Assembly (NCBI GenBank): GCA_964530955.1
Contig: CAZHCL010000009.1
Location: 1-36,018 of the forward strand
Origin: Candidatus Woesearchaeota archaeon
GTDB taxonomy: Archaea > Nanobdellota > Nanobdellia > Pacearchaeales > GW2011-AR1
DNA length: 36,018 nucleotides
Direction: 5' to 3'
Shown here piece by piece: positions 7,672-16,518 of this stretch. A program made the translations under genes and the position numbers. Position 1 is the first letter of the stretch, and each line of letters begins with the position of its first letter. The notes under the pieces were generated by a model that searched no databases, had not been told where the DNA came from, and worked only from the letters and a program-made list of their open reading frames with translations.

Positions 7672-8502
7672 TTATCCTCCTTGTGGTTGATTATTTTTAT
7701 CGACTAATGCCTGGATTGCTTTTTCCTGCAGTCCTGCTTTACCGATTATGAATTTGATTGTTTCATTAGTTGCATAGCCTAGGTTGACTGCGAATCCAAA
7801 TGACTTGCCGATTGAGATTCTGAGATCTTCAAGAACTGCTTTCTTATCTATTCTTATTCCAACATAAACTTTTTCTTCTTTTCTGTCGAATGCTGCAACT
7901 GGTTCAAACCCTACTTTCATAGGAGTTATGTTAAGTTTAGCCATAACACTTGCAACATTTTCCTTTATAGATTCTCCCTGCTTAACTATTACATGGGGAA
8001 GTTTGACTGCTAATTTTCCGCCTTCAACTGATACCTTAAGTCCTACTGCGGACAATTCGGATATTGCTGGACCTGGAACTAAATCTGTTGGTCCTGGTTC
8101 TACTTTAATATCTTCTGGAGCAATATCTCCTGCTCTTGCTTTCGTTGGGCTTTGATTGTCTGCAAGAATTCCCGAAAGAACAAAAGGGTCTTCATTTGAG
8201 AAAAATAATGCTATATCTGCTCCTACCTGAGGTTTCATAGAATCCAGCGCTGAGCTTTTCACTTCATCAAATGCTCTTAATACAAGATTTTTTTTGACTA
8301 CTTTTACTTCTGCTTTTCCTCTAAGATTCTTTTTTATTTCATGAAACTGAGAGCTTGGAAGTCCTTTTGTTGAAGCAATTAATAATGTTCTATGACTTTT
8401 TATTTTTGAAGCTATTTCCGATACTAGCTTAATTTTATATTCAGGTATTTCTTTTTCTCTTGCCTTTGGTTTTTCAGGCTTTGCTGTCTTGGATTTGGCC
8501 AT
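7672..8502 (-). CDS. rpl10: Ribosomal protein uL10/P0
   Basis: KARAGDIAPEDIKVEPGPTDLVPGPAISEL archaeal insertion domain; operon position; short C-terminus. Confidence 0.95.
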   Translation of the reverse strand: MAKSKTAKPEKPKAREKEIPEYKIKLVSEIASKIKSHRTLLIASTKGLPSSQFHEIKKNLRGKAEVKVVKKNLVLRAFDEVKSSALDSMKPQVGADIALFFSNEDPFVLSGILADNQSPTKARAGDIAPEDIKVEPGPTDLVPGPAISELSAVGLKVSVEGGKLAVKLPHVIVKQGESIKENVASVMAKLNITPMKVGFEPVAAFDRKEEKVYVGIRIDKKAVLEDLRISIGKSFGFAVNLGYATNETIKFIIGKAGLQEKAIQALVDKNNQPQGG

Positions 8503-9119
8503 TATTTCATCTCCACTCTCACAGGAGAGCTCATTGTTAGCTTAAGCATTACTGACTTGATATTTTCTTTTTTAGTTGGAAGTGCGTTAACTAATCCTTG
8601 ATAAAACGCTTCCGCATTCTCTAGAATTTGATTATCAGGCATGCTTTGCTTTCCAATACTTACTTTGACACTTGCTTCTTTTACTCTAACTTTGATTGAA
8701 AGATTGATTTTTTCAATTAACTGTTTGATTGCAACGTCATCTTCTTTCATCAAAACTCCAAGTTGAGGAGAAGGCATTTTTCCTGTTGGACCGAGAGCTT
8801 TACCGAAAGTGGTAGCTACAGAGGGCATGAGCGGAGCGGCTGCAATGAAGAAGTCATGACTTTTTACAAGTTCTTTAAGGGCTTTTTTATCCTTATATTT
8901 CTGGAATTCCGGTTGAGTTACTGAATTAACAAGACCTGATTTTTTTGTAAGAAATCCAAACACTTTCTTATCTTTTATCTTATGGGGGATAGATATAATT
9001 GTGGCTATGTTATCTTTTTTGACGTCAATTCCTTTAAGATTTACGACTAGGTCTATGCTTTGGTCAAATTTCTTCTTCTCTAGTTTTCTTAATTCTGTTA
9101 TTGCTTCTTTGAGTTGCAT
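8502..9119 (-). CDS. rpl1: Ribosomal protein uL1
   Basis: KKKFDQSIDLVVNLK, GKALGPTGKMP, LKLTMS motifs. Confidence 0.96.
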   Translation of the reverse strand: MQLKEAITELRKLEKKKFDQSIDLVVNLKGIDVKKDNIATIISIPHKIKDKKVFGFLTKKSGLVNSVTQPEFQKYKDKKALKELVKSHDFFIAAAPLMPSVATTFGKALGPTGKMPSPQLGVLMKEDDVAIKQLIEKINLSIKVRVKEASVKVSIGKQSMPDNQILENAEAFYQGLVNALPTKKENIKSVMLKLTMSSPVRVEMK

Positions 9120-9128
9120 TGTGACCTC

Positions 9129-9174
9129 CTACATTATGACCCTTATCCATAGAATCTATGACGAGGATATGTAG
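9129..9174 (-). promoter_or_regulatory. Three-stem hairpin in the rpl1 5' leader that overlaps the SD (candidate translational operator)
   Basis: Nested pairings CUACAU/AUGUAG, AUCCU/AGGGU and CAUAG/CUAUG directly before GAGGUCACA-AUG. Confidence 0.45.
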
Positions 9175-9209
9175 TTAAACGATCTAGAATTTGATGAAAA
9201 AGGGTATTT

Positions 9210-9626
9210 TTAAATGTTTTCGTTGTCTATCTGCTCTAGGTTTCCATTAATGACTATTGGATTAATTCCTTGAATTTCATCTTTCAACATATTATTAGGT
9301 ATGGGGTTATAAAGAAATATCTTCTTTCCTAGTTCCCATGCTTTAAACATTTCAAGAAGCACGGAGCCGCCGATATAATTTTCCTGTTCATCCTTTCTGA
9401 AATTTAAAACTAATAATGCATCATTTTCCTCAACTTTCTTGTTTTGCAATCTGAACATTTTTGCCTTCCATATATCATGATTTCCCTCATTTCTCATTTT
9501 TTCTTCCATAAGAGGCTCTTCATAACTGTTTGGTAAGGTTATTCTATGCCCTTTCTTTTCTAATTCTTTCTTTATTTCTTCTACCTTATGGTAAAAATGT
9601 TTGCTGCTGCAGATGAATATTTTCAT
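9210..9626 (-). CDS. Nucleoside 2-deoxyribosyltransferase-like protein
   Basis: MKIFICSS start, DALLVLN...NYIGGSVLLEMFKAWELGKKIF pattern; promoter motif 25 nt upstream supports ATG 9626. Confidence 0.65.
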   Translation of the reverse strand: MKIFICSSKHFYHKVEEIKKELEKKGHRITLPNSYEEPLMEEKMRNEGNHDIWKAKMFRLQNKKVEENDALLVLNFRKDEQENYIGGSVLLEMFKAWELGKKIFLYNPIPNNMLKDEIQGINPIVINGNLEQIDNENI

Positions 9627-9664
9627 TGCTTTTAGAAGGGAGGACACTTTTTAACCTTTATTTT

Positions 9665-9901
9665 TTATCCTTTAAATAAAATAACTATATCTGCAATAAT
9701 GAAACCTAGAAGACCGAGAGCAAGAATCCCTATTGCCGATATTTTTGCTATTGACTTGAATTCTTCATTACTTGGCTTTCTTAGAATATGCCAGACTCTT
9801 TTGGATTGAATGAAGAATGATTTGAATTTCGTTCCAAGACTGGGTTTGAAATCCTGTGCCTGAGAATTTTTCTGTTGATTACTTTGCTGTTGATTGTCCA
9901 T
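9665..9901 (-). CDS. secE: Protein translocase subunit SecE/Sec61-gamma
   Basis: KRVWHILRKPSNEEF followed by one TM; conserved position downstream of ftsZ. Confidence 0.93.
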   Translation of the reverse strand: MDNQQQSNQQKNSQAQDFKPSLGTKFKSFFIQSKRVWHILRKPSNEEFKSIAKISAIGILALGLLGFIIADIVILFKG

Positions 9902-9925
9902 ATATTCAAAAGAAAAAAAGAGTTT

Positions 9926-10453
9926 TTAAACGTTGTTCTTATTTAAAATAAAATCATTAAGATTCATTATCTCAATTTCTTCTCTTGTTGCTTTTAAGTC
10001 TTTAAGAGTGAAATCATGAGTTTCTTTATCAAACGCTGTGCAACAATCAGAAATAATTTGTATTTTAAAGTCTCTATCATAAGCATCCTGCGCCAGACTT
10101 CTGACACACAAATTTGTTAAAATTCCAGAAATTACTATCTTATCTATTCCCTTCAATTCTTTTTCAAGGTTTGTTTTGTAAAAAGGGCTTATTTTGTTCT
10201 TTTTTATTAATAAATCAGAATCTTCTTTGTGAATTTCTTTTATTATCTTTACATTATTTGAATTCTCGGCAAAGATTGAATCAGAATCTCTTTCTATGTG
10301 TGTAATGAATATTATTTTATAACCTTCTTTTCTGCAGAAGTCAATTAATTTATTTGTTTTACTTATAACTTCAGAAATATCTCCAACATAGTAATCTGAT
10401 TTTTTATCAATCCATTCATTCTCAAAATCCACTAAAATCAGAGCTTTTCCCAT
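9926..10453 (-). CDS. Isochorismatase/cysteine hydrolase family protein
   Basis: Asp-Lys-Cys triad motifs LILVDFEN, IKKNKISPF, GILTNLCV. Confidence 0.9.
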   Translation of the reverse strand: MGKALILVDFENEWIDKKSDYYVGDISEVISKTNKLIDFCRKEGYKIIFITHIERDSDSIFAENSNNVKIIKEIHKEDSDLLIKKNKISPFYKTNLEKELKGIDKIVISGILTNLCVRSLAQDAYDRDFKIQIISDCCTAFDKETHDFTLKDLKATREEIEIMNLNDFILNKNNV

Positions 10454-10461
10454 TTTATTTA

Positions 10462-11547
10462 TCAGTTTTCTAGGAAATCAATGCCTAATTCTGATTGAAG
10501 GTCAGATTTTTGCTTATTAGTTAATTCTTCACTCGCACCCAGAATTTGGGAACTCTTTACTCCAGTTACAATAAGAAGGACCTTGATTGTCTTGTCCATG
10601 TCTGGAGAAATTTGAGCTCCCGATATTATCTTTGCTTCCTGAGAAACTTTAGTGCTTATTATCTCCATTATTTTTCTGTATTCGTCGAGGGACATGTCAT
10701 TTCCACCGACAATATTTACAAGAGCTCCTGTTGCGTTGGTTATATCTACATCGAGTAGGGGGTTAGCTATCGCTCTCTCGACAGCTTCCTTTGCTCTGTC
10801 CTTTGAATCTGATTCTCCTATCCCTATAAGAGAGACTCCTCCGTTTGACATTACTGCTTTTACATCTGCAAAATCAAGATTTACAAGACCTGCTTTTGTT
10901 ATTAATTCGGTTATTCCTTTTACAGAATTTGTAAGTATTTCGTCGGCAACTTTGAACGCAGTGTGTATCGGCAATTCGGGAGCAATTTCAAGAAGCTTAT
11001 CATTCGGAATAACTATTAATGTATCTGTGACGCTTATTAATCTGTCAAGTCCGTATTGTGCATTTTCAATTCTTTTCTGGCCTTCAACAGTAAATGGGAG
11101 CGTTACAACACCTATTGTCAATGCTCCTCCCTTTTTTGCTATTTCAGCGACCACTGGGGCAGCTCCCGTTCCTGTTCCTCCTCCCAGTCCGCAGGTTATG
11201 AAGACCATATCTGCTTCTCCTATTTTTTTCTTTATTTCCTGTTCTGATTCTCTTGCGGCTTGCTCTCCTATTTTTGGGTTGCTTCCTGCGCCAAGTCCGT
11301 GAGTCAGTTCTCTTCCAATTAGTATCTTATGGTCAGCATTTGAATAAAGCAAATCTTGTGCATCAGTGTTTACAGTAATTATTTCACATCCCTTGATACC
11401 TATTTCTTTCATTCTTTATACGGAATTTCCACCTCCTCCTACGCATCCGACAACTTTTATTCTTGATCCTTGCTTCTTAAGAATTTCTTCAAGCTCTCTG
11501 TCAATATCATTATCCTGCATTACTTCTTTTTCAATTATCAAGCTCAT
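10462..11547 (-). pseudogene. ftsZ: Cell division protein FtsZ (361 codons) interrupted by an in-frame TAA at 11416-11418; either a real lesion or a sequence error
   Basis: Tubulin signature GGGTGTG and NLDFAD; the upstream frame reads MSLIIEKEVMQDNDID...RIKVVGCVGGGGNSV*RMKEIG. The ORF track shows only the part after the stop. Confidence 0.85.
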
Positions 11548-11619
11548 GAATTATTCATGCATGATGGATTTATAAGTATTGTTGTTCTAATTTAGAAATA
11601 ATTATTTGATTTTATTAAA

Positions 11620-12282
11620 TTATTTTTTGCTTTCTTCCTTCTGGTTTTTCTCTTCTTTCTTTTCCTCAAACTTCGCTTCTTTTCCTATTATCTCTTTTAT
11701 CTTGTCCTTGAATGCATTTACAAAATATTCTATTTCTTTTCTTCCTTTCACTACTATTTCATTGCCTTTTATTTCAAATTCAGGTAGGAATCTGAAAAGA
11801 CTCTCAAGAAGTGCTGAAGATTTTTCTTTTTCATCACTCACTATTCTTGCTATTTTGTATTTGTAAACAAGTTCTTTGCCTGCCAGAGGATTGTTAAGGT
11901 CAGTTATTACTCTTGCTCCTGAAACGGTGACTATTTTTGCTAGCATATCATCAAGTGCAAGAACCATTCCTGGCTGAGGATTAATATTTTTCTCAGTGAA
12001 TACTTTTAAGGGGATTGTTTTTAACAAATTTCTGTCTCTTTCACCGAAACCTTCTTTTGGGGAGAGTTTTATTTCATATTCTTTTCCAACTTCCTTGTTT
12101 TCTAGAGCCTTATCAAGTCCCGGAACAACCATTCCTTCCCCTATAACTATTATTGTCTTTCTTGGTCCTGCTTTTGGGTCCAGTTTCTTTAAATCTTCAG
12201 GAACATTAGAGTCAAAGACATTCCCATTTGAATAGCCCGTATAAATCAAATCTATGAAATCTTTCTTCTTTGCGGTTTCCAT
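11620..12282 (-). CDS. FKBP-type peptidyl-prolyl isomerase (SlyD-like, long archaeal type)
   Basis: YTGYSNGNVFDS, GEGMVVPGLDKAL, DLNNPLAGKELVY motifs. Confidence 0.92.
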   Translation of the reverse strand: METAKKKDFIDLIYTGYSNGNVFDSNVPEDLKKLDPKAGPRKTIIVIGEGMVVPGLDKALENKEVGKEYEIKLSPKEGFGERDRNLLKTIPLKVFTEKNINPQPGMVLALDDMLAKIVTVSGARVITDLNNPLAGKELVYKYKIARIVSDEKEKSSALLESLFRFLPEFEIKGNEIVVKGRKEIEYFVNAFKDKIKEIIGKEAKFEEKKEEKNQKEESKK

Positions 12283-12379
12283 GTTTTTTATTGCAGAGGT
12301 GCTTTTATAAACTTTTGTTAAACAACCATTCTTTAATCCTTGCGCAAAGATTTATAAATTGAATTTTCTGCATTCATTG

Positions 12380-12766
12380 ATGTTAAGACTAATCAACGCT
12401 ACTGAAGCAAAGCCAGGAACAACAATTATGGTTGATGGACAGGCAGTTACTGTCAGAACTAACGATATTAGCAAGACTGGAAAGCATGGTGCTAGTAAGT
12501 GCAGAATGGAATGCGTTGAAATATTTTCTGGGAAAAAGAAGATTGTTGCTGTTCCAGGTCATGAGAGATTTGAAGTTCCAATGGTTGAGAAGAAGAGAGC
12601 CCAAGTTCTTAGTGTTGGTGACACTACTGCTTCCGTAATGGATCTTGAGAGCTATGAGACAACTGATATGACCTTCATGGAAGAAATAAAACCAGAGCTT
12701 GCCCCTGAGAAACAGGTAGAATATTGGGATATTGAAGGAAAGAAAGTAATAATGAGGGTCTTCTAA
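12380..12766 (+). CDS. eif5a: Translation factor aIF-5A (likely start ATG 12380)
   Basis: Hypusination motif SKTGKHGASK. Confidence 0.96.
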   Translation: MLRLINATEAKPGTTIMVDGQAVTVRTNDISKTGKHGASKCRMECVEIFSGKKKIVAVPGHERFEVPMVEKKRAQVLSVGDTTASVMDLESYETTDMTFMEEIKPELAPEKQVEYWDIEGKKVIMRVF

Positions 12767-12930
12767 TGGCAACAAAATTACCTATTGCGCAGACAAGAAT
12801 GTTCCATAATGTCTTTGTATGCAGAGATTGTAATAGGAAGATAAGGACTCAGGCAGTAAGAGTAATAGCCAGAAAAGTCAAATGTCCTGGATGCGGTGGG
12901 CACATTTTTAGACCTATAAGGAAGAAATGA
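12766..12930 (+). CDS. rpl40e: Ribosomal protein eL40, 54 aa (MATKLPIAQTRMFHNVFVCRDC...KCPGCGGHIFRPIRKK)
   Basis: Manual translation; C4 zinc ribbon and RPxxK tail; TAATG overlap with eif5a. Not in the ORF track. Confidence 0.85.
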   Translation: MATKLPIAQTRMFHNVFVCRDCNRKIRTQAVRVIARKVKCPGCGGHIFRPIRKK

Positions 12931-12961
12931 GCGAATTAAATAAATTGAATGAGGTGAATAA

Positions 12962-14362
12962 ATGAGTTTTGTTGTTTATGACTTGATATTATTGGTAGTA
13001 TTTACTTTAGCAGTTGTTTTATTTCTTTATACAAAAAGGGCAAACCTTAAGCGTGAAGGTCTGATTTACCTTTATAGGACGAGTATCGGATTAAAGCTTA
13101 TTGACTGGTTTGGAGAGAAACATAAAAACTGGCTCAAGCCACTACAATATGTAGTTATTGCTTCTGGTTATGCTTTGATGGCTTCTATTGTCTATTTGCT
13201 GGCTAAGCTTTCATATACATACATAACCTCCCCTTATATTGCAAAAGCTTTGAAAGTACCGGTTATCTTTCCGTTGATTCCTTACTTACCTCAGATATTC
13301 AAAATTGATTTTCTTCCTCCATTTTATTTCACCTATTGGATAATTATAATTGCAATAATTGCTGTTCCTCATGAATTTGCTCATGGTATTTTCGCAAAAC
13401 TTAATAAAATAAGAATAAAATCAACAGGGTTTGGATTTTTAGGACCATTTTTAGCAGCCTTTGTTGAACAAGATGATAATCAGATGCAGAAAGCTCCCAA
13501 GTTTGCTCAGCTTTCAATTCTTGCTGCAGGAACATTTGCTAATGTTCTTACTGCAATACTTTTTGGTTTACTTCTTTGGGGATTTTTTGCAGGGACATTT
13601 GCTCCGGCAGGTGTTAATTTCAGCAGCTATGCTACGTCCGCAGTAAATGTCAGCAATATAGATTTTATTAATGGCGTTCCATTGGGGATATTTAATTTAA
13701 GCATGATCAATTCTAATCAGACTTTGATAAATTTCACGGCAGATAATCTAACTTATTATACAACTGGGGATGCAATTAGGCAGACTCTTGTAGACAATTC
13801 ATCTATTCTGATAGGTTATGATGATTCTCCAGCTTTTGATGCAAAGTTGTCTGGAGCGATTCATATCTTTGATGGAGAAAAAATAAATTCTTATCCTCAA
13901 TTGAAAGAAGCCATATTAGCTCATAAACCTGGAGATATGATTGAAGTAGATACAAATAGTCCTTCAGGTAATAATAGCTATGAAATAAAATTGGGAAATA
14001 AGGATGGGAAGGCTTTCCTAGGGATAGGAGTAGTTCCCGTTCAGAGTTCGGGTGTTTCAGGATGGTTGTATTCTTTGCTTTCTAAAATAAAAGATCCCTA
14101 TGTTTATTATATTTCAACCTGGGGAGAGTTTGGAATTTTTATTTACAATCTCCTTTGGTGGATAGTTATTATTTGCATAAGCGTTGCATTGACAAACATG
14201 CTTCCTATGGGGATGTTTGACGGAGGAAAGTTTTTCATGCTCACTGTTTGGGGAATAACTGGAAGTAAGAAAGCAGGAGAAAGGGCATTTAAGTGGGCTA
14301 CCTGGATAATCCTTATACTTGTGGCTGCCTTAATGGTGAAATGGATTTTTACTCTTTTTTAA
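12962..14362 (+). CDS. Site-2 protease (M50) with PDZ-like insert
   Basis: HEFAH, GAFVE-like AAFVE, AGTFAN and NMLPMGMFDGG motifs; multiple TMs. Confidence 0.93.
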   Translation: MSFVVYDLILLVVFTLAVVLFLYTKRANLKREGLIYLYRTSIGLKLIDWFGEKHKNWLKPLQYVVIASGYALMASIVYLLAKLSYTYITSPYIAKALKVPVIFPLIPYLPQIFKIDFLPPFYFTYWIIIIAIIAVPHEFAHGIFAKLNKIRIKSTGFGFLGPFLAAFVEQDDNQMQKAPKFAQLSILAAGTFANVLTAILFGLLLWGFFAGTFAPAGVNFSSYATSAVNVSNIDFINGVPLGIFNLSMINSNQTLINFTADNLTYYTTGDAIRQTLVDNSSILIGYDDSPAFDAKLSGAIHIFDGEKINSYPQLKEAILAHKPGDMIEVDTNSPSGNNSYEIKLGNKDGKAFLGIGVVPVQSSGVSGWLYSLLSKIKDPYVYYISTWGEFGIFIYNLLWWIVIICISVALTNMLPMGMFDGGKFFMLTVWGITGSKKAGERAFKWATWIILILVAALMVKWIFTLF

Positions 14363-14369
14363 CTTTATT

Positions 14370-15596
14370 TTAATCTGAGAATCTTGCTATCAATTGTTTT
14401 TCAGTGAGTAGTTCTTCTTTTCCCGTTTTCATATTCTTTATTTTTAATTTACCCTTTTCAATTTCTTCTTCACCTAAGAAAATAACGTAGGGTATGGAAT
14501 ATGCGTTTGCATATTCCATAGACTTTCCTATTTTATCTTTGCTTACTATGCATGAAATGTTTTCTTTTCTTAATTTTCTGGCCAACTTTATCGATTCTGA
14601 TTCTTTGTCTATCGATATAATACTTATCCTAGGTATCGGATTAAAGCTGATGTTTGCTAGAATTGTTGTTCTTTCAAGACCAAAGGATATTCCTACAGCA
14701 GGAATTTCTCGGTTTATGAATTTTCCAACCATTTTATCATACCTGCCTCCTGCTGCTATTGTGCTTTTTCCTTTTTCTTTCACTTCAAATATATTTCCAG
14801 TGTAATATCCAAGACCTCTTGCTAGACAGGGATTAAATTTTGGTTTTAGGCCATACTTATTGCATAAGGTATTTAGTTCAAGCAGTTCCGAAGCTCCATC
14901 AAATGCGTTGTCTTCGAAAAATTGAATATCTTTCTCCAGCAATTTGAAAAGAGTCAATATTTTGTTTGAGTCAGCATATTTTCTCAAATTCGTTTTTACT
15001 GTGTCTTCTCCTATTTTTTCTATTTTATCAATTTCTTTAATTACTTCTTTAGAATTAGATATTTCACAGCTTTCAATTATTGCTGAAAGAAGTTTTCTAT
15101 TATTTATCTGTATTTCTGATTCTATTTTTAATTCTTTTAGAATATCAGATACCAAAGCAAGACATTCTGCATCCGCGTTTATTGAAGAATCTCCTAAAAT
15201 GTCTGCGTCACACTGGACAAACTGTCTGAATCTATCATTAGCTATTGGCTCGTCCCTGAAAACTGGGCCTACTTGATATCTCCTGAAAGGTAGTTTTATG
15301 TTAGGGTTTTGTCTAAATATACGAGATAGTTGGAAAGTGAATTCATATCTTAATCCTAGGTTTCTTCCTGCTCTGTCTTTTAATTTGAATCTGTCTGAAA
15401 CTGCTTCGTCTTCTAATTCATTTGGAAGGCTGGTTGGTTTCATTAATTCATCATGCTCTATTATCGGAGTTTCCACTGGGGAAAAGCCGTACAATTTGAA
15501 ATGCTTTTCAATTATTTCTCTAACTTTTTCACGTTTTAAGGATTCGGGAGGCAGAAAGTCTCTAAAACCCTTAACTGTATCTATTTCTATTTGCAT
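14370..15596 (-). CDS. hisS: Histidine-tRNA ligase, full length with anticodon-binding domain
   Basis: VKGFRDF, motif 2 FRDEP..DRFRQFVQCDAD, ARGLGYYTG, motif 3 GGRYD...GLER, and a C-terminal class IIa anticodon-binding domain. Confidence 0.93.
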   Translation of the reverse strand: MQIEIDTVKGFRDFLPPESLKREKVREIIEKHFKLYGFSPVETPIIEHDELMKPTSLPNELEDEAVSDRFKLKDRAGRNLGLRYEFTFQLSRIFRQNPNIKLPFRRYQVGPVFRDEPIANDRFRQFVQCDADILGDSSINADAECLALVSDILKELKIESEIQINNRKLLSAIIESCEISNSKEVIKEIDKIEKIGEDTVKTNLRKYADSNKILTLFKLLEKDIQFFEDNAFDGASELLELNTLCNKYGLKPKFNPCLARGLGYYTGNIFEVKEKGKSTIAAGGRYDKMVGKFINREIPAVGISFGLERTTILANISFNPIPRISIISIDKESESIKLARKLRKENISCIVSKDKIGKSMEYANAYSIPYVIFLGEEEIEKGKLKIKNMKTGKEELLTEKQLIARFSD

Positions 15597-15620
15597 ATTT
15601 TTCTATCTACTCCTGAGCTT

Positions 15621-16496
15621 TTAATCTTTTCTTTCATCTTTTTTTCGGTCCCTCCTTTCATTTTCCTTTTCTATATCTTCAATGCTTACTCCTTCTTTTG
15701 CCATAATAACGAAGAGAAAATATATCAAGTCGGCAGCCTCCCAGATTAATTGTTCCCTATTTTTGGCAGTTATTACCTCTGCAGCTTCTTCTACAAGCTT
15801 TCTTTTTAAGAGTAGTTCGTCTTTAACAATAGAAGAAGTATAGGAACTGGGACTGTTTGAGTCTATTCTTTCTTTTATTTTCATAAAAAGGCTGTTAAGG
15901 TCAAAGAAATTCTTCTTATTCTTTCCAATTAGTACTATATCTGACTCGAAAAGTTCGTCATAGATTGTCAGGCCAGCAACATCTGCTGATTTACCAGTCA
16001 CCACTATATCTATCACCATATCAGCCAGCCCTTTTGAGAAAAATTCTTCAGTCGCTCCATAGGCATAGGTCTTATCAATTAGGTATCCCTTATTTTCCAA
16101 AAGATTTGTGCAATATTTTTTTGCGAGCTCTTTGTATTTTGTGTTTATGCAAATTTTTATCTTCCTCGGCATTTCCTCCATCTTCTTATTTTTTGGTCCG
16201 AGTAGACATAGAACGGGCTTGCTAAATAACGAGTCTGAGTTCCATGGTTCTCTCTTAATAATTGATAACTTACTATTCCGTACTTTGAGGGTGAATTCCT
16301 TAAATAGGTCTTCTCCCGTTATTCCTATCGCAGTTTTACCTTCTAAAATCAGTTTTTCAGTAAACAAAGGTACATCTTCTCCTCTTACTTCTTCTATTAT
16401 AGAGGATGGACCTTTGATGCTTATCGCTAATTCCCTGCATTTTTTTAATCCAGTGTTTTTAGGAATGATTATGTAATCAACATTCTTAGTTTCCAT
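15621..16496 (-). CDS. hisG: Fusion of short-form ATP phosphoribosyltransferase (HisG) with phosphoribosyl-ATP pyrophosphatase (HisE), 291 aa
   Basis: HisG motifs RGEDVP, GITGED, NTKY, GATE, GLADMVIDIVVTG; HisE motifs SYTSS, KLVEEAAEV, EAADLIY. GGAGGT SD supports ATG 16496. Confidence 0.9.
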   Translation of the reverse strand: METKNVDYIIIPKNTGLKKCRELAISIKGPSSIIEEVRGEDVPLFTEKLILEGKTAIGITGEDLFKEFTLKVRNSKLSIIKREPWNSDSLFSKPVLCLLGPKNKKMEEMPRKIKICINTKYKELAKKYCTNLLENKGYLIDKTYAYGATEEFFSKGLADMVIDIVVTGKSADVAGLTIYDELFESDIVLIGKNKKNFFDLNSLFMKIKERIDSNSPSSYTSSIVKDELLLKRKLVEEAAEVITAKNREQLIWEAADLIYFLFVIMAKEGVSIEDIEKENERRDRKKDERKD

Positions 16497-16518
16497 AAAT
16501 GACCTCCAAGAATATGGA

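Noticed and set aside
7099-7707. Listed ORFs 7099..7311, 7295..7504 and 7363..7707
   Set aside because: They are read-throughs or shadows of tRNA-Ser and rpl12.
11416-11418. Genome-wide TAA reassignment as the explanation for the ftsZ stop
   Set aside because: TAA terminates many clear genes in this window (rpl12, rpl1, eif5a, ABC ATPase).
10546-12775. Antisense and off-frame ORFs over ftsZ, the FKBP gene and eif5a (for example 10652..11302, 12389..12775)
   Set aside because: They overlap well-supported genes and have no recognisable motifs.
14370-15596. Calling this gene hisZ because it sits next to a short hisG
   Set aside because: It keeps intact motifs 2 and 3 and the C-terminal anticodon-binding domain, which HisZ typically lacks.
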